From Candidatus Limnocylindrales bacterium (GTDB lineage Bacteria > Chloroflexota > Limnocylindria > QHBO01): DNA of 64,000 nucleotides. The notes beneath the pieces were generated by a model. That model worked only from the letters and a program-made list of their open reading frames with translations, did not search any database and was not told where the DNA came from. This document shows positions 28,023 through 38,967 of the stretch, piece after piece. Position numbers and translations under genes: made by a program. The stretch spans positions 17,496 to 81,495 of the forward strand of contig DATLGA010000041.1 of the NCBI GenBank assembly GCA_035540715.1. The letters run 5' to 3'. Numbering within the stretch: position 1 is the stretch's first letter; each line of letters starts with the position of its first letter.

Positions 28023-28715
28023 GTGCCGGAGGCGATCCGTCCCCGGCACGTGGCGATCATCGCCGACGGCAACCGACGGTGGGCCCGCGAGCGCAATCTG
28101 CCGGTCCTCGCCGGGCACGTTCAGGGCATCGAGGCCATTCGGCCGGTCGTTCGGCGGGCTCGTGACCTCGGCGTCGAGACGCTCAGCGTGTACACGTTCA
28201 GCACCGAGAACTGGGCACGCCCCGACGACGAGGTCACCGGCCTGTTCGGGCTCATCGACGGGGCGGTCCGCCAATACACCGACGAGCTCGTCAGCGAGGG
28301 CGTGCGGGTGCGCGTCATCGGCAGGCTTCACGAAGCACCGGCCGACGTGCAGCGATCGATTCGCGCCGCAGAGGACCGGACGCGCGGTGGGACGCGGCTG
28401 ACGTTGAACATCTGCTTCAACTACTCCGGGCGAGCCGAGATCGTCGACGCCGCACGGGCGATGGTCGCAGCGCGCGTCGACCCGAACGCCGTCGACGAGC
28501 AGCACTTCGCCGAGCACCTCTACACGGCCGGACAGCCGGACGTCGATCTGCTCATCCGCACCGGGGGCGACCAGCGGACGAGCAACTTCCTGCTGTGGCA
28601 GGCCGCGTACGCGGAGCTCGTGTTCTGCGACCGCTTCTGGCCCGACTTCACGGTCGACGACTTCGAAGCGGCGCTCGCCGAGTTCGAGCGCCGCGAGCGT
28701 CGGTTCGGCGGCTGA
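28023..28715 (+). CDS. uppS: undecaprenyl diphosphate synthase
   Basis: HVAIIADGNRRWARERNLP, FSTENWARP, LLWQAAYAELVF. Confidence 0.9.
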   Translation: MPEAIRPRHVAIIADGNRRWARERNLPVLAGHVQGIEAIRPVVRRARDLGVETLSVYTFSTENWARPDDEVTGLFGLIDGAVRQYTDELVSEGVRVRVIGRLHEAPADVQRSIRAAEDRTRGGTRLTLNICFNYSGRAEIVDAARAMVAARVDPNAVDEQHFAEHLYTAGQPDVDLLIRTGGDQRTSNFLLWQAAYAELVFCDRFWPDFTVDDFEAALAEFERRERRFGG

Positions 28716-28718
28716 GCG

Positions 28719-29618
28719 ATGCTGCGTACCCGAATTCTGACCGCCGCTGTCCTCGTCCCGCTGATCATCGCGGTCGTCATCGTCGGCGAGCCATGGATCT
28801 CGCTGCTCGTCGGCGTGGTGGCCTTCCTGGCACTCGTGGAGCTCGTCGCTCTGCTCGACGCCGCCGGCTACGAGCCACCGCAGGTGCTGAGCATCGTCGC
28901 CGGCATGGCCCTCACCGCCGCCGGGCTCGTGACGGCGAATCAGGCCGTCGTCGGCGATCCGCTGTCGAGCGTCCTGAACGCGCTCGACCCCCCGGGACTC
29001 GTCGCCGCGACGCTCGTGGCCGTGGTCCTGCTCCTCGGGGCCGCCGGCTTCACGCGCGCCGACCCGCGGCGCGGCTTCGTGACATGGGCGATGAGCACGT
29101 TCGGCGTCGCCTACGTCGGGCTCCTCCTGCCGACGCTGGTGCTCGTCGCGCACCTCGCGCCGCCCGGCGGCACGGCTGCCACACCGGTCGGCATGCTCGA
29201 GATCCGCTCGGGAGCGGCATGGGCGTTCCTGCTCATCCTCGTGGTGTGGGGCTACGACACCGGCGCCTATCTCATCGGTCGCGTCGTCGGGAGGCGACGT
29301 CTCGTCGACCACATCAGCCCGTCCAAGACGGTCGAGGGCCTCTTCGGCGGCCTCCTGGTGGCGACGATCGGCGCAGGGGTGGGCGCGGCACTCGTCGGCC
29401 TCGAGCCGTGGCATCCGCTCGTCATCGGCCCGCTCGTGGGCCTCGCGGCGCAGGCGGGCGATTTGGCCGAATCGATGCTGAAGCGTGCCGCCGACCGCAA
29501 GGAGTCCGGCTTCCTCGTGCCGGGACACGGGGGGATCCTCGATCGAATCGACTCGTTCCTGTTCGCGGCACCGGTCCTGGCCGGCTATGCACTGCTCGTC
29601 GCCGGACGGGTGGCGTGA
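28719..29618 (+). CDS. cdsA: phosphatidate cytidylyltransferase
   Basis: Multi-TM; C-terminal SMLKRAADRKESGFLVPGHGGILDRIDS CTP-transferase signature. Confidence 0.85.
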   Translation: MLRTRILTAAVLVPLIIAVVIVGEPWISLLVGVVAFLALVELVALLDAAGYEPPQVLSIVAGMALTAAGLVTANQAVVGDPLSSVLNALDPPGLVAATLVAVVLLLGAAGFTRADPRRGFVTWAMSTFGVAYVGLLLPTLVLVAHLAPPGGTAATPVGMLEIRSGAAWAFLLILVVWGYDTGAYLIGRVVGRRRLVDHISPSKTVEGLFGGLLVATIGAGVGAALVGLEPWHPLVIGPLVGLAAQAGDLAESMLKRAADRKESGFLVPGHGGILDRIDSFLFAAPVLAGYALLVAGRVA

Positions 29619-30766
29619 TGACCGGGGTCGCCATCCTCGGGTCGACCGGGTCGATCGGCCGCCAGGCGCTCGAGGTGATCGACGCGCTCGGCGATCGGTT
29701 CCGCGTCGTGGCGATCGCGGCTGGCCACCCGGGGACGGCCTTTCGCGCGCAGCTGGGGCAGTGGCCCGAGGCACGCGCGTGGTGCCCGGGCGAGCGGCCC
29801 GAAGGCGTCGCGCCGCACCGCTGGGCGGCCGGCGGGCTCGCCGAGCTGTCGACGCTCCCCGACGCCGAGCTGGTGGTGGTTGCCACGACCGGCATGGCGG
29901 CGCTGCCCGCGGTGCTCGCGGCGTTGCGCGCCGGCCGGCGGGTGGCCCTCGCGAACAAGGAGACGCTCGTGACCGGCGGTCACCTCGTGACCGCGGCGCT
30001 CGACGAGCTCGGGGGAGACCCGCTGGAGCGCGTCCGACCGATCGACAGCGAGCACTCGGCCATCTGGCAGTGCCTCGTGGGGGAACCGATCGGGGCGGTG
30101 GCGCGTCTCGTGCTGACCGCCAGCGGCGGGCCGTTCCGGGATCTCGAGCCGATCGACCTCGTCGACGTGACGCCGGCGCAGGCCCTCGCCCATCCGACGT
30201 GGCGCATGGGACCGAAGATCACGATCGACTCGGCGACGCTGGTGAACAAGGCGTTCGAGGTCATCGAGGCCAAATGGCTGTATCGGCTTCCGTACTCTAA
30301 GATCGATGCCGTGATCCACCCGCAGAGCGTCGCCCACTCGTTCGTCGAGTTCGCCGACGGCTCCTACAAGGCGCAGCTCGGGCTGCCCGACATGCGCCTG
30401 CCGATCCAGTACGCGCTGACGTATCCCGACCGGGTGCCGTCGCGCTCGCGCGCGTCGTCGCCGGAGGACTGGGGTGCGTTGACCTTCGCGCCGCTCCGTG
30501 AGGGCGCCTTCCCGGCGTATGACGCCGTGCGCCGCGCCGCGGACGCGGGCGGCAACCGTGGCACGATCCTGAACGCCGCGGACGAGATGGCGGTCGCGGC
30601 GTTCCTGGAGGGCCGCATCCGGTTTCCGGCCATCGCCGAGACCATCGAGCGCGCCGTCGACCGCTGGGGCAGCGACGACGAGCCCACGCTCGACGACGTC
30701 GAGCGGCTCGACGCCGAGGTGCGCGCCGGCCTCGCCACGCAGCTGGGAGCCCGAGCGGGCAGCTGA
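29618..30766 (+). CDS. dxr: 1-deoxy-D-xylulose 5-phosphate reductoisomerase
   Basis: ILGSTGSIGRQALEV NADPH-binding, C-terminal conserved Dxr region; start overlaps cdsA stop. Confidence 0.9.
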   Translation: MTGVAILGSTGSIGRQALEVIDALGDRFRVVAIAAGHPGTAFRAQLGQWPEARAWCPGERPEGVAPHRWAAGGLAELSTLPDAELVVVATTGMAALPAVLAALRAGRRVALANKETLVTGGHLVTAALDELGGDPLERVRPIDSEHSAIWQCLVGEPIGAVARLVLTASGGPFRDLEPIDLVDVTPAQALAHPTWRMGPKITIDSATLVNKAFEVIEAKWLYRLPYSKIDAVIHPQSVAHSFVEFADGSYKAQLGLPDMRLPIQYALTYPDRVPSRSRASSPEDWGALTFAPLREGAFPAYDAVRRAADAGGNRGTILNAADEMAVAAFLEGRIRFPAIAETIERAVDRWGSDDEPTLDDVERLDAEVRAGLATQLGARAGS

Positions 30767-31893
30767 TGGACGTCCTCGCCACCGTTGCCGCATTCATCGG
30801 CATCCTCGTCGTGCTCGTCCTCGTCCACGAGCTCGGCCACTTCATCGTCGCCAAGCGCGCCGGCATCACGGTCGAGGAGTTCGGGATCGGCTTCCCGCCT
30901 CGCATCGCATCGGTGACGTGGCGCGGCACCCGCTACAGCTTCAACTGGATTCCGCTGGGCGGCTTCGTGAAGATGCTCGGCGAGGACGGCGACGTCGAGC
31001 TGCGTCGCCTCCGCGAGTCGGGGCTGAACGACGACGAGATCCGCCACGCCATGGCCGGTGCGTTCAATCGCCGTCCGATCTGGATCCGCCTGGCGGTCCT
31101 GCTTGCCGGCGTCGTCATGAACTTCATCCTCGCTGCGGCGCTGTTCGCGATCGCGTTCTCGATGCCCGAGCTGCATGGCGAAGGCCCGCTCACCGTGACG
31201 GAGATCCAGGCCGGCAGCCCCGCCGAGGGCAGCCTCGAGGTCGGCGACGTGATCACCGGCGTCGACGGTCAGACGTTCGAGCGGTCGGCGGCACTCACGT
31301 CGTACGTCGCCTCGCGCGGCGGCACGCCCGTCACCCTGGACGTCATGCGGGACGGCCGGGCCCTCGAGGTCGAGGTCACGCCGCGCGTCGTCACCGACGA
31401 GGACCGGCAGCGGGGCATCGGTCCGATCGGCTTCGCGTACGAGCCGCAGCGCATCGTCGAGCGGCCCTCGACGGTGGACGGGCCGGTCGACGCGGTCATT
31501 CGTGGCACTGCCACGGCCGGGCAGATCGCCATCGCCATCCCGGGCGGCCTGGCCGACGCGATCGGCAGCCTGCTCGGGCTGAATCCGGACGCGCCGGACG
31601 CCCGCGGCCCGATCGGCATCGCCCAGGAGACCGGGCGCATCCTCGAGGCGCCGCTCGTGAGCCAGCTTCTCTTCGTCGGCCTGCTCTCGGTGAACCTGGC
31701 GGTGCTGAACGTCCTGCCGTTCCCGCCGCTCGACGGCGGCCGGATCGCCGTCGTCCTCCTCGAGGGCGTGCGCCGGCGGAAGCTTCCGGCGGAGCGCGAA
31801 GCGCTCATCTACCTGACCGGCTTCGCGGTCCTGATCGCGCTCATTGTGCTCATCAGCATCCAGGACATCCAGCGGCTCATCACCGGCGGCTGA
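30766..31893 (+). CDS. rseP: RIP zinc metalloprotease RseP (site-2 protease, PDZ domain)
   Basis: HELGHFIVAKRAGI HExxH in TM1, PDZ (EIQAGSPAEGSLEVGDVITGVDGQ), NVLPFPPLDGG. Confidence 0.85.
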   Translation: MDVLATVAAFIGILVVLVLVHELGHFIVAKRAGITVEEFGIGFPPRIASVTWRGTRYSFNWIPLGGFVKMLGEDGDVELRRLRESGLNDDEIRHAMAGAFNRRPIWIRLAVLLAGVVMNFILAAALFAIAFSMPELHGEGPLTVTEIQAGSPAEGSLEVGDVITGVDGQTFERSAALTSYVASRGGTPVTLDVMRDGRALEVEVTPRVVTDEDRQRGIGPIGFAYEPQRIVERPSTVDGPVDAVIRGTATAGQIAIAIPGGLADAIGSLLGLNPDAPDARGPIGIAQETGRILEAPLVSQLLFVGLLSVNLAVLNVLPFPPLDGGRIAVVLLEGVRRRKLPAEREALIYLTGFAVLIALIVLISIQDIQRLITGG

Positions 31894-31915
31894 TCGCCGG
31901 ATCGCTGCCTCGGCG

Positions 31916-31940
31916 TTGCGTATATCCGGTATATACGCAA
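31916..31940. repeat. perfect 10-bp-arm AT-rich palindrome TTGCGTATAT-ccggt-ATATACGCAA
   Basis: Inverted repeat read directly; 46 nt upstream of the nusA -10-like box. Confidence 0.6.
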
Positions 31941-31985
31941 GCGCCTGAGCCCGCTCGGGCGGTGGCGCGGAGAAGGGCGATCGGC

Positions 31986-31991
31986 TATACT
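31986..31991 (+). promoter_or_regulatory. -10-like TATACT box (CGGCTATACT) in nusA leader; same GCTATACT motif recurs upstream of rpmF (10081-10086), rplS (22276-22281), rpsB (24960-24965)
   Basis: Exact octamer GCTATACT in four intergenic regions preceding translation-apparatus operons in a ~70% GC background. Confidence 0.35.
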
Positions 31992-32041
31992 CACGAGCGG
32001 TTCGGCCGGCCCGAACCACTGAATAGAGAACCAGGTACCAG

Positions 32042-32078
32042 GACGTGGGTCGGTTCGCCATCCCACGTCTTGTTTTTC
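32042..32078 (+). terminator. intrinsic-terminator-like hairpin + U-tract in nusA leader (attenuator)
   Basis: GACGTGGG-tcggttcgccat-CCCACGTC followed by TTGTTTTTCG; lies 20 nt before nusA ATG, downstream of a TATACT -10 box. Confidence 0.55.
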
Positions 32079-32098
32079 GTCCGGAGCGAGGAGCGGCC

Positions 32099-33226
32099 AT
32101 GAATCGAGACTTCATCGGAGCACTGCTCCAGCTGAACGCCGAGAAAGGTGTGCCGCAGGAGATCCTGATCCAGACCCTGGAGCAGGCGATCGAGTCGGCC
32201 TACCGCCGCAACGCCGACGCGCCCGAGAACGTGGTCGTCACCGTGAACCCCGAGAGCGGCGAGATCAGTGTCGCGCGCGAGTACGAGGTGGTCGCCGGCG
32301 AGCAGGAGATCGAGGATCCCGAGCTGCAGATGACGGCCGCCGAGGCACAGAAGATCGATCCGGCGACCGGCGTCGGCGGCAAGGTCCGCATCCCGGAGAA
32401 CGTCACCCAGGCGCAGCTGGGTCGGATCGCCGCCCAGACGGCGGGGCAGGTCTACCGCCAGCGGCTCCGCGAGGCGCAGCGCGACGTGGTCTTCCAGCAG
32501 TACGCCGCCCGCGAGGGCGAGATCATGACCGGGAACGTGCAGCGCACGACCGACTCGGCGGTCGTCCTCGACATGGGCAAGGACGTCGAGGCGGTGCTCG
32601 CGGTCACGGAGCAGCTTCCCAACGAGACGTACCGGATCGGCCAGCACCTCAAGGTGTACGTCATGGAGGTGCGCCGGACGACGCGCGGGCCCGTCATCGT
32701 CGCGAGCCGCACCCACCGGGGGTTCCTTCGTCGCCTGATGGAGATGGAGATTCCCGAGATCTACAACGGAACCGTCGTGATCCGCGGGATCGCACGGGAG
32801 GCCGGCAGCCGGTCGAAGGTCGCCGTCGAGTCGCGCCAGCAGGGCGTCGACGCGAAGGGCGCCGCCGTCGGCCAGCGGGGCGCCAGGATCCAGTCGATCG
32901 TCGCCGAGCTGAACGGCGAGAAGGTCGACATCGTCCTCTGGGACGAGGACCCGGCCCGCTTCGTGGCCGAGGCGCTCAGTCCGGCCGAGGTGCTCAGCGT
33001 CCGGATCGACGAGGAGCACAAGATCGCGAACGTCATCGTGCCCGAGCGACAGCTGAGCCTGGCGATCGGCAAGGAAGGGCAGAACGCCCGCCTCGCCGCG
33101 AAGCTGACGGGCTGGCGAATCGACATCCGGTCGGACGCCGGCGTCGCGACGGCCGCGGCCGGGAGCGACCATGACGCGGGCGCGGTCCAGCCGGAGGCTC
33201 CGGCGGATGCCGAAGCGACGACCTGA
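32099..33226 (+). CDS. nusA: transcription termination/antitermination factor NusA
   Basis: ATG after GGAGCGAGGAGCGG; MNRDFIGALLQLNAEKGVP..., S1 and KH domains. Confidence 0.9.
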   Translation: MNRDFIGALLQLNAEKGVPQEILIQTLEQAIESAYRRNADAPENVVVTVNPESGEISVAREYEVVAGEQEIEDPELQMTAAEAQKIDPATGVGGKVRIPENVTQAQLGRIAAQTAGQVYRQRLREAQRDVVFQQYAAREGEIMTGNVQRTTDSAVVLDMGKDVEAVLAVTEQLPNETYRIGQHLKVYVMEVRRTTRGPVIVASRTHRGFLRRLMEMEIPEIYNGTVVIRGIAREAGSRSKVAVESRQQGVDAKGAAVGQRGARIQSIVAELNGEKVDIVLWDEDPARFVAEALSPAEVLSVRIDEEHKIANVIVPERQLSLAIGKEGQNARLAAKLTGWRIDIRSDAGVATAAAGSDHDAGAVQPEAPADAEATT

Positions 33227-33465
33227 TCACATCCCGACCCGCACCTGCGCGGCCTGCCGCACCGCGCGCCCCAAGCGCGAGATGGACCGGCTGGTCCGTA
33301 CGCAGGACGGGACCGTCCACCGCGATCCGACCGGGAAGCTGGCCGGACGCGGGACCTATATCTGTCACGAACCGGCATGCCGCGATCCTCAAGGGGCCGC
33401 GGCGGCCGTCAGGCGGGCGCTCGGTGCCGAGCTCGCGCCGGGAACGCTCGAATTCGAGGTGAACG

Positions 33466-33479
<14 letters not shown>
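33207..33479 (+). CDS. ylxR: YlxR/DUF448 family RNA-binding protein
   Basis: IPTRTCAACRTARPKREMDRLVR motif; canonical nusA-ylxR-infB context; start uncertain (33171 or 33207). Confidence 0.7.
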
Positions 33480-35370
<1,891 letters not shown>

Positions 35371-35376
35371 CGACCG

Positions 35377-35733
35377 ATGAGCCAGCGAACGGATCGGCTC
35401 GACAGCCAGATCCGCGCCGAGCTGATGAAGCTCATCCAGCGCGAGATGAAGGACCCGCGAGTCGGATTCGCCACCGTCACCCAGGTGGAGACCGCCCGAG
35501 ACCTCGGGAGTGCGCGGGTCTGGGTCAGCGTGCTTGGCACCGACGAGGAGCGCAGCGACGCGATGAAAGCCATCACCGACGCGGCGCCCTGGCTGCGCCG
35601 CCAGCTGGCTGGCCGGCTGACGGTGCGCCACGTCCCGCAGCTCGTGATTCGCGAGGACGACTCCATCGCGGCGGGGGACCGAGTGTTGCGGCTCCTGCGG
35701 GAGCTCGAGGAGGAGCGTGCCGATGAGTCGTGA
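35377..35733 (+). CDS. rbfA: ribosome-binding factor A
   Basis: RLDSQIRAELMKLIQREMKDPRVGFATVTQVE. Confidence 0.85.
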   Translation: MSQRTDRLDSQIRAELMKLIQREMKDPRVGFATVTQVETARDLGSARVWVSVLGTDEERSDAMKAITDAAPWLRRQLAGRLTVRHVPQLVIREDDSIAAGDRVLRLLRELEEERADES

Positions 35734-36706
35734 GGCGGTCGCTGCCGCGATCCGTGACGCCGCGCGCGTCACGACGATCTGCCACGAGAACCCCGATGCC
35801 GACACGATGGGTTCCGCCCTGGCCATCCGGTTCGCCGCCGAACGGCTCGGCAAGCAGGCGGAAGTCGTGGCTGCCGATGGGCTGCCGCCCTTCCTGACCG
35901 GCCTGCCGGGAGGCGACGAGGTGCGGCGCACGCCCTCGCTCGAGCCGGACCTGGCGGTCGTCCTCGATGGCCCACTGTCCCGCACCGGCGGCGTGGTCCG
36001 TGACTGCGGGCCGTGGCTCGAGCGGGCGCGGATCGTGAACATCGACCATCACGTCTCGAACGACGGCTCCGAGGCCTCGGTTGCATGGGTCGACCCCGAC
36101 GCGGCTGCGACGTGCGAGATGGTGGCCGAGCTTCTGCCCGAGCTCGGCGTATCGCTCGACCAGCCGATGGCGACCGTGCTGGCCGCCGGCATCGTGCAGG
36201 ACACGCACACCTTCTCGCACCCGAACGCAACGCCGCGCACGCTGCGGGTGATGGCCGACCTCGTGGCGGCCGGCGCCCCCCTCTCCGAGCTGCACCGAGC
36301 GATCTACGCCGACAAGCCGTTCTCGACGATGCAGCTGTGGGGCCGGATGCTGAACGGCGTCGACCAACGGGCCGGCGGGCGCGTCGTGTTCAGCGCGCAG
36401 ACGTTGGGCATGCTGACGGAGACGGGCAGCGACCCGACCGCGACCGAGGGCTTCATCGACCTGCTTTCCGGCACGAGAGGCGCGGACATCACGCTCGTGT
36501 TCAAGGAGGCGTCGGCTTTGGAGGTGCGCGTGAGCGTCCGCACGGGCGGTCATGCCGATGCCGTGGCCATCACCTCGGCGTTCGGCGGTGGGGGGCATCG
36601 CCGCGCGGCCGGTTGCACCGTCGCCGCACCACTGACCGAGGCGATGGAGCGGGTCCTGGCCGAGTGCGAGCGCGAGCTCGAGCGCGCCGATGCTCGGGGT
36701 CGTTAA
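35717..36706 (+). CDS. DHH/DHHA1 phosphoesterase (NrnA-like oligoribonuclease/pAp phosphatase)
   Basis: ICHENPDADTMGS, NIDHHVSND DHH motifs, DHHA1 GGGH near C-terminus. Confidence 0.8.
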   Translation: MPMSREAVAAAIRDAARVTTICHENPDADTMGSALAIRFAAERLGKQAEVVAADGLPPFLTGLPGGDEVRRTPSLEPDLAVVLDGPLSRTGGVVRDCGPWLERARIVNIDHHVSNDGSEASVAWVDPDAAATCEMVAELLPELGVSLDQPMATVLAAGIVQDTHTFSHPNATPRTLRVMADLVAAGAPLSELHRAIYADKPFSTMQLWGRMLNGVDQRAGGRVVFSAQTLGMLTETGSDPTATEGFIDLLSGTRGADITLVFKEASALEVRVSVRTGGHADAVAITSAFGGGGHRRAAGCTVAAPLTEAMERVLAECERELERADARGR

Positions 36707-37574
36707 CCTCGACAAGCCGGTCGGGCCCACCAGCCACGACATGGTGGGGCTGCTCCGTCGCCTGACCGGCACGCGCCGGATCGGGCATGCCGGGACCCTC
36801 GACCCGCTCGCCTCCGGCGTGCTCCCGATCCTGGTCGGCGCCGCGACCCGCTTCAGCGAGGAGCTGACCGGCGGCCGCAAGCGGTACGACGCCACGATCC
36901 GCCTGGGCGCCCGGAGCGCGACGGACGACGCCGAGGGACCCATCACGCCGTCCGAAGCGACGTTGCCGGATCCGCCGTCGGTCCACGATGCGCTCGCCGC
37001 GTTCGTCGGCACGTTCGATCAGCGGCCGCCCGCCTTCAGCGCCCGGAAGCATGGCGGGCAGACGGCGCATCGCGCTGCGCGTGCCGGGGCACCGCTGGAT
37101 CTCGCCGCGCGGACCGTGACGGTCGACGCCATCGACGTCCTTGATATCGCGCGTCACGACGGGGGGCTGGATGTCCGCATCGACCTGCAATGCGGCCCGG
37201 GCACGTACGTACGCTCGATCGCCCGGGACCTCGGCGATCGCCTCGGCTGCGGCGCGTACCTTGCCGCGCTGCGACGGACCGAGGCGGCCGGGCTGCGTGC
37301 CGACGACGCGGTCACCGCGGGCCGGCTCGAGCAGCTCACCGCGGAAGGCCGGCTCGCCGAAGCGCTCCTGCCGGTCGGCGACCTCCTGCCGCTTCCGCGG
37401 GTCGAGCTCGACGCCGAAGCCGCGCGCCGCTTCACCCACGGATCGGCGGTTCCCTCGACCGGCGATCGGGGGCGGGCCGCCGTGTTCGCCGGCTCGGCGC
37501 TCCTCGGCGTCGGGCGTCTCGACGGCGGCCTGCTCCACCCCGAAAAGGTCCTCCCCGCGGTGGGATCCGCGTGA
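36690..37574 (+). CDS. truB: tRNA pseudouridine(55) synthase TruB
   Basis: GVVNLDKPVGPTSHDMV, GHAGTLDPLASGVLPI catalytic Asp motif. Confidence 0.9.
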   Translation: MLGVVNLDKPVGPTSHDMVGLLRRLTGTRRIGHAGTLDPLASGVLPILVGAATRFSEELTGGRKRYDATIRLGARSATDDAEGPITPSEATLPDPPSVHDALAAFVGTFDQRPPAFSARKHGGQTAHRAARAGAPLDLAARTVTVDAIDVLDIARHDGGLDVRIDLQCGPGTYVRSIARDLGDRLGCGAYLAALRRTEAAGLRADDAVTAGRLEQLTAEGRLAEALLPVGDLLPLPRVELDAEAARRFTHGSAVPSTGDRGRAAVFAGSALLGVGRLDGGLLHPEKVLPAVGSA

Positions 37575-38503
37575 CGGCCGTCGGCCTCGAGGCCATCCCG
37601 TCCATCGGCCCCGCGGTCGTCACGCTCGGCGTCTTCGACGGTGTCCACCTCGGGCACCGGCGGGTCATCGGCCAGACGGTGGAGGCGGCTCGCGATCGCG
37701 GAGCCTCGGCCGTGGCCCTCGTCTTCAGCCCGCATCCGGACGAGGTGATCCGGCCGGGCACCTCCGTACCCCGCCTGCTACCGCCGGAGGAGACGCTGGA
37801 TCGACTGCGCGCCGCCGGATCCGATCAGGTCGTCGAGCTGCGGTTCGATGCCGATCTCCGCTCACTGGATCCCGAGGTATTCCTGGAGCGGCTGGCGCCG
37901 GGTCTCGAGCTGCGCGCGATCGCCATGACCCCGGAGAGCGCCTTCGGCCGCGGCCGGTCCGGAACGGTGAGCCGTGTACGCGAGATCGGCGTCCGGCGAG
38001 GCTTCGACACGATCGAGGTCGAGCCGGCGGACGTCGACGGACAGCCGATCTCGTCATCGCGCATTCGAGCGTGCCTGGCGGAGGGGTCCGTCGACGAGGC
38101 GCGCCGCCTCCTCGACGGACCGCCCCTGCTTCGCGGCATCGTCGTGCCGGGGGACCGCCGGGGACGGCAGCTCGGGTTCCCGACCGCCAACCTGTCGTTT
38201 TCGTACCACGCGGCGCTCCCGGCGCTCGGCATCTACTACGGCCATGTGCGGGCCGAGGAGCGTGGCGTCGCGCGCGGTCATCCGGCCCTCGTGAGCGTCG
38301 GCGTGCGCCCGACCTTCCACGACGACGGCCGCGTGCTCGTGGAGGCGTACCTGCTCGACTGGGACGGCGATCTGTACGGCACGTCGCTCGACGTCGAGCT
38401 CGTTCGACGGCTGCGCGAGGAGCGTCGCTTCGACAGCGTGGACGAGCTCGTGGCGCAGATGCGGCGCGACGAGGACGAGGCTCGGAGCCTTGCTCGCTCC
38501 TGA
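37571..38503 (+). CDS. ribF: bifunctional riboflavin kinase/FAD synthetase
   Basis: GTG overlapping truB TGA; VTLGVFDGVHLGHRRV, riboflavin kinase C-terminal region. Confidence 0.85.
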   Translation: MTAVGLEAIPSIGPAVVTLGVFDGVHLGHRRVIGQTVEAARDRGASAVALVFSPHPDEVIRPGTSVPRLLPPEETLDRLRAAGSDQVVELRFDADLRSLDPEVFLERLAPGLELRAIAMTPESAFGRGRSGTVSRVREIGVRRGFDTIEVEPADVDGQPISSSRIRACLAEGSVDEARRLLDGPPLLRGIVVPGDRRGRQLGFPTANLSFSYHAALPALGIYYGHVRAEERGVARGHPALVSVGVRPTFHDDGRVLVEAYLLDWDGDLYGTSLDVELVRRLREERRFDSVDELVAQMRRDEDEARSLARS

Positions 38504-38575
38504 CCCGGCCGATGGCGGCATCGGTCCTGCTCTGGTAAACTCCCGAAGGTTACGGAAACGAATGTGGAGGAATAC

Positions 38576-38845
38576 GTGCCGCTCGCCAAGGACGCGAAGA
38601 GCGCAATCGTCGACGAATACGCCACGCACGAGGGCGACACGGGGTCACCCGAGGTGCAGATTGCGCTTCTCACCGAGCGGATCAAGTCGCTGACCGAGCA
38701 CCTGCGCAGCTTCCCCAAGGACAACCACTCGCGCCGCGGGCTCCTGAAGCTCGTCGGGCAGCGACGGCGGCTGCTCGCGTACCTGGTCCGCAACGACGTG
38801 GATCGGTACCGCGCCGTCATCAGCAGCCTGGGGCTGCGCCGCTAG
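38576..38845 (+). CDS. rpsO: 30S ribosomal protein S15
   Basis: GTG 38576 five nt after GGAGG; [36 protein letters not shown]. Confidence 0.9.
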   Translation: MPLAKDAKSAIVDEYATHEGDTGSPEVQIALLTERIKSLTEHLRSFPKDNHSRRGLLKLVGQRRRLLAYLVRNDVDRYRAVISSLGLRR

Positions 38846-38860
38846 ACACCGCTCGCGATC

Positions 38861-38890
38861 GACCCAGGGCCCGGATCGGGCACCTGGGTC
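38861..38890 (+). promoter_or_regulatory. GC-rich stem-loop in rpsO-pnp intergenic region (candidate RNase III processing/autoregulatory site or rpsO terminator lacking U-tract)
   Basis: GACCCAGGGCCCG-gat-CGGGCaCCTGGGTC, ~13-bp stem with one bulge; no downstream T-run. Confidence 0.5.
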
Positions 38891-38967
38891 TCGCACATCT
38901 ACCACCTGCCGGCATCCCCGCCACGCGATGACGCCGCGCTCCCGGAGCGCGCCACGCAGCAGACGCG

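Noticed and set aside
28595-29617. N-terminal 341 aa of ORF 28595..30766
   Set aside because: Overlaps cdsA in another frame; Dxr begins at the conserved MTGVAILGSTGSIG at 29618.
25342-29774. 647-aa and 832-aa reverse-strand ORFs (25342..27285, 27276..29774)
   Set aside because: Antisense to rpsB-tsf-pyrH-frr-uppS-cdsA; no recognisable domains.
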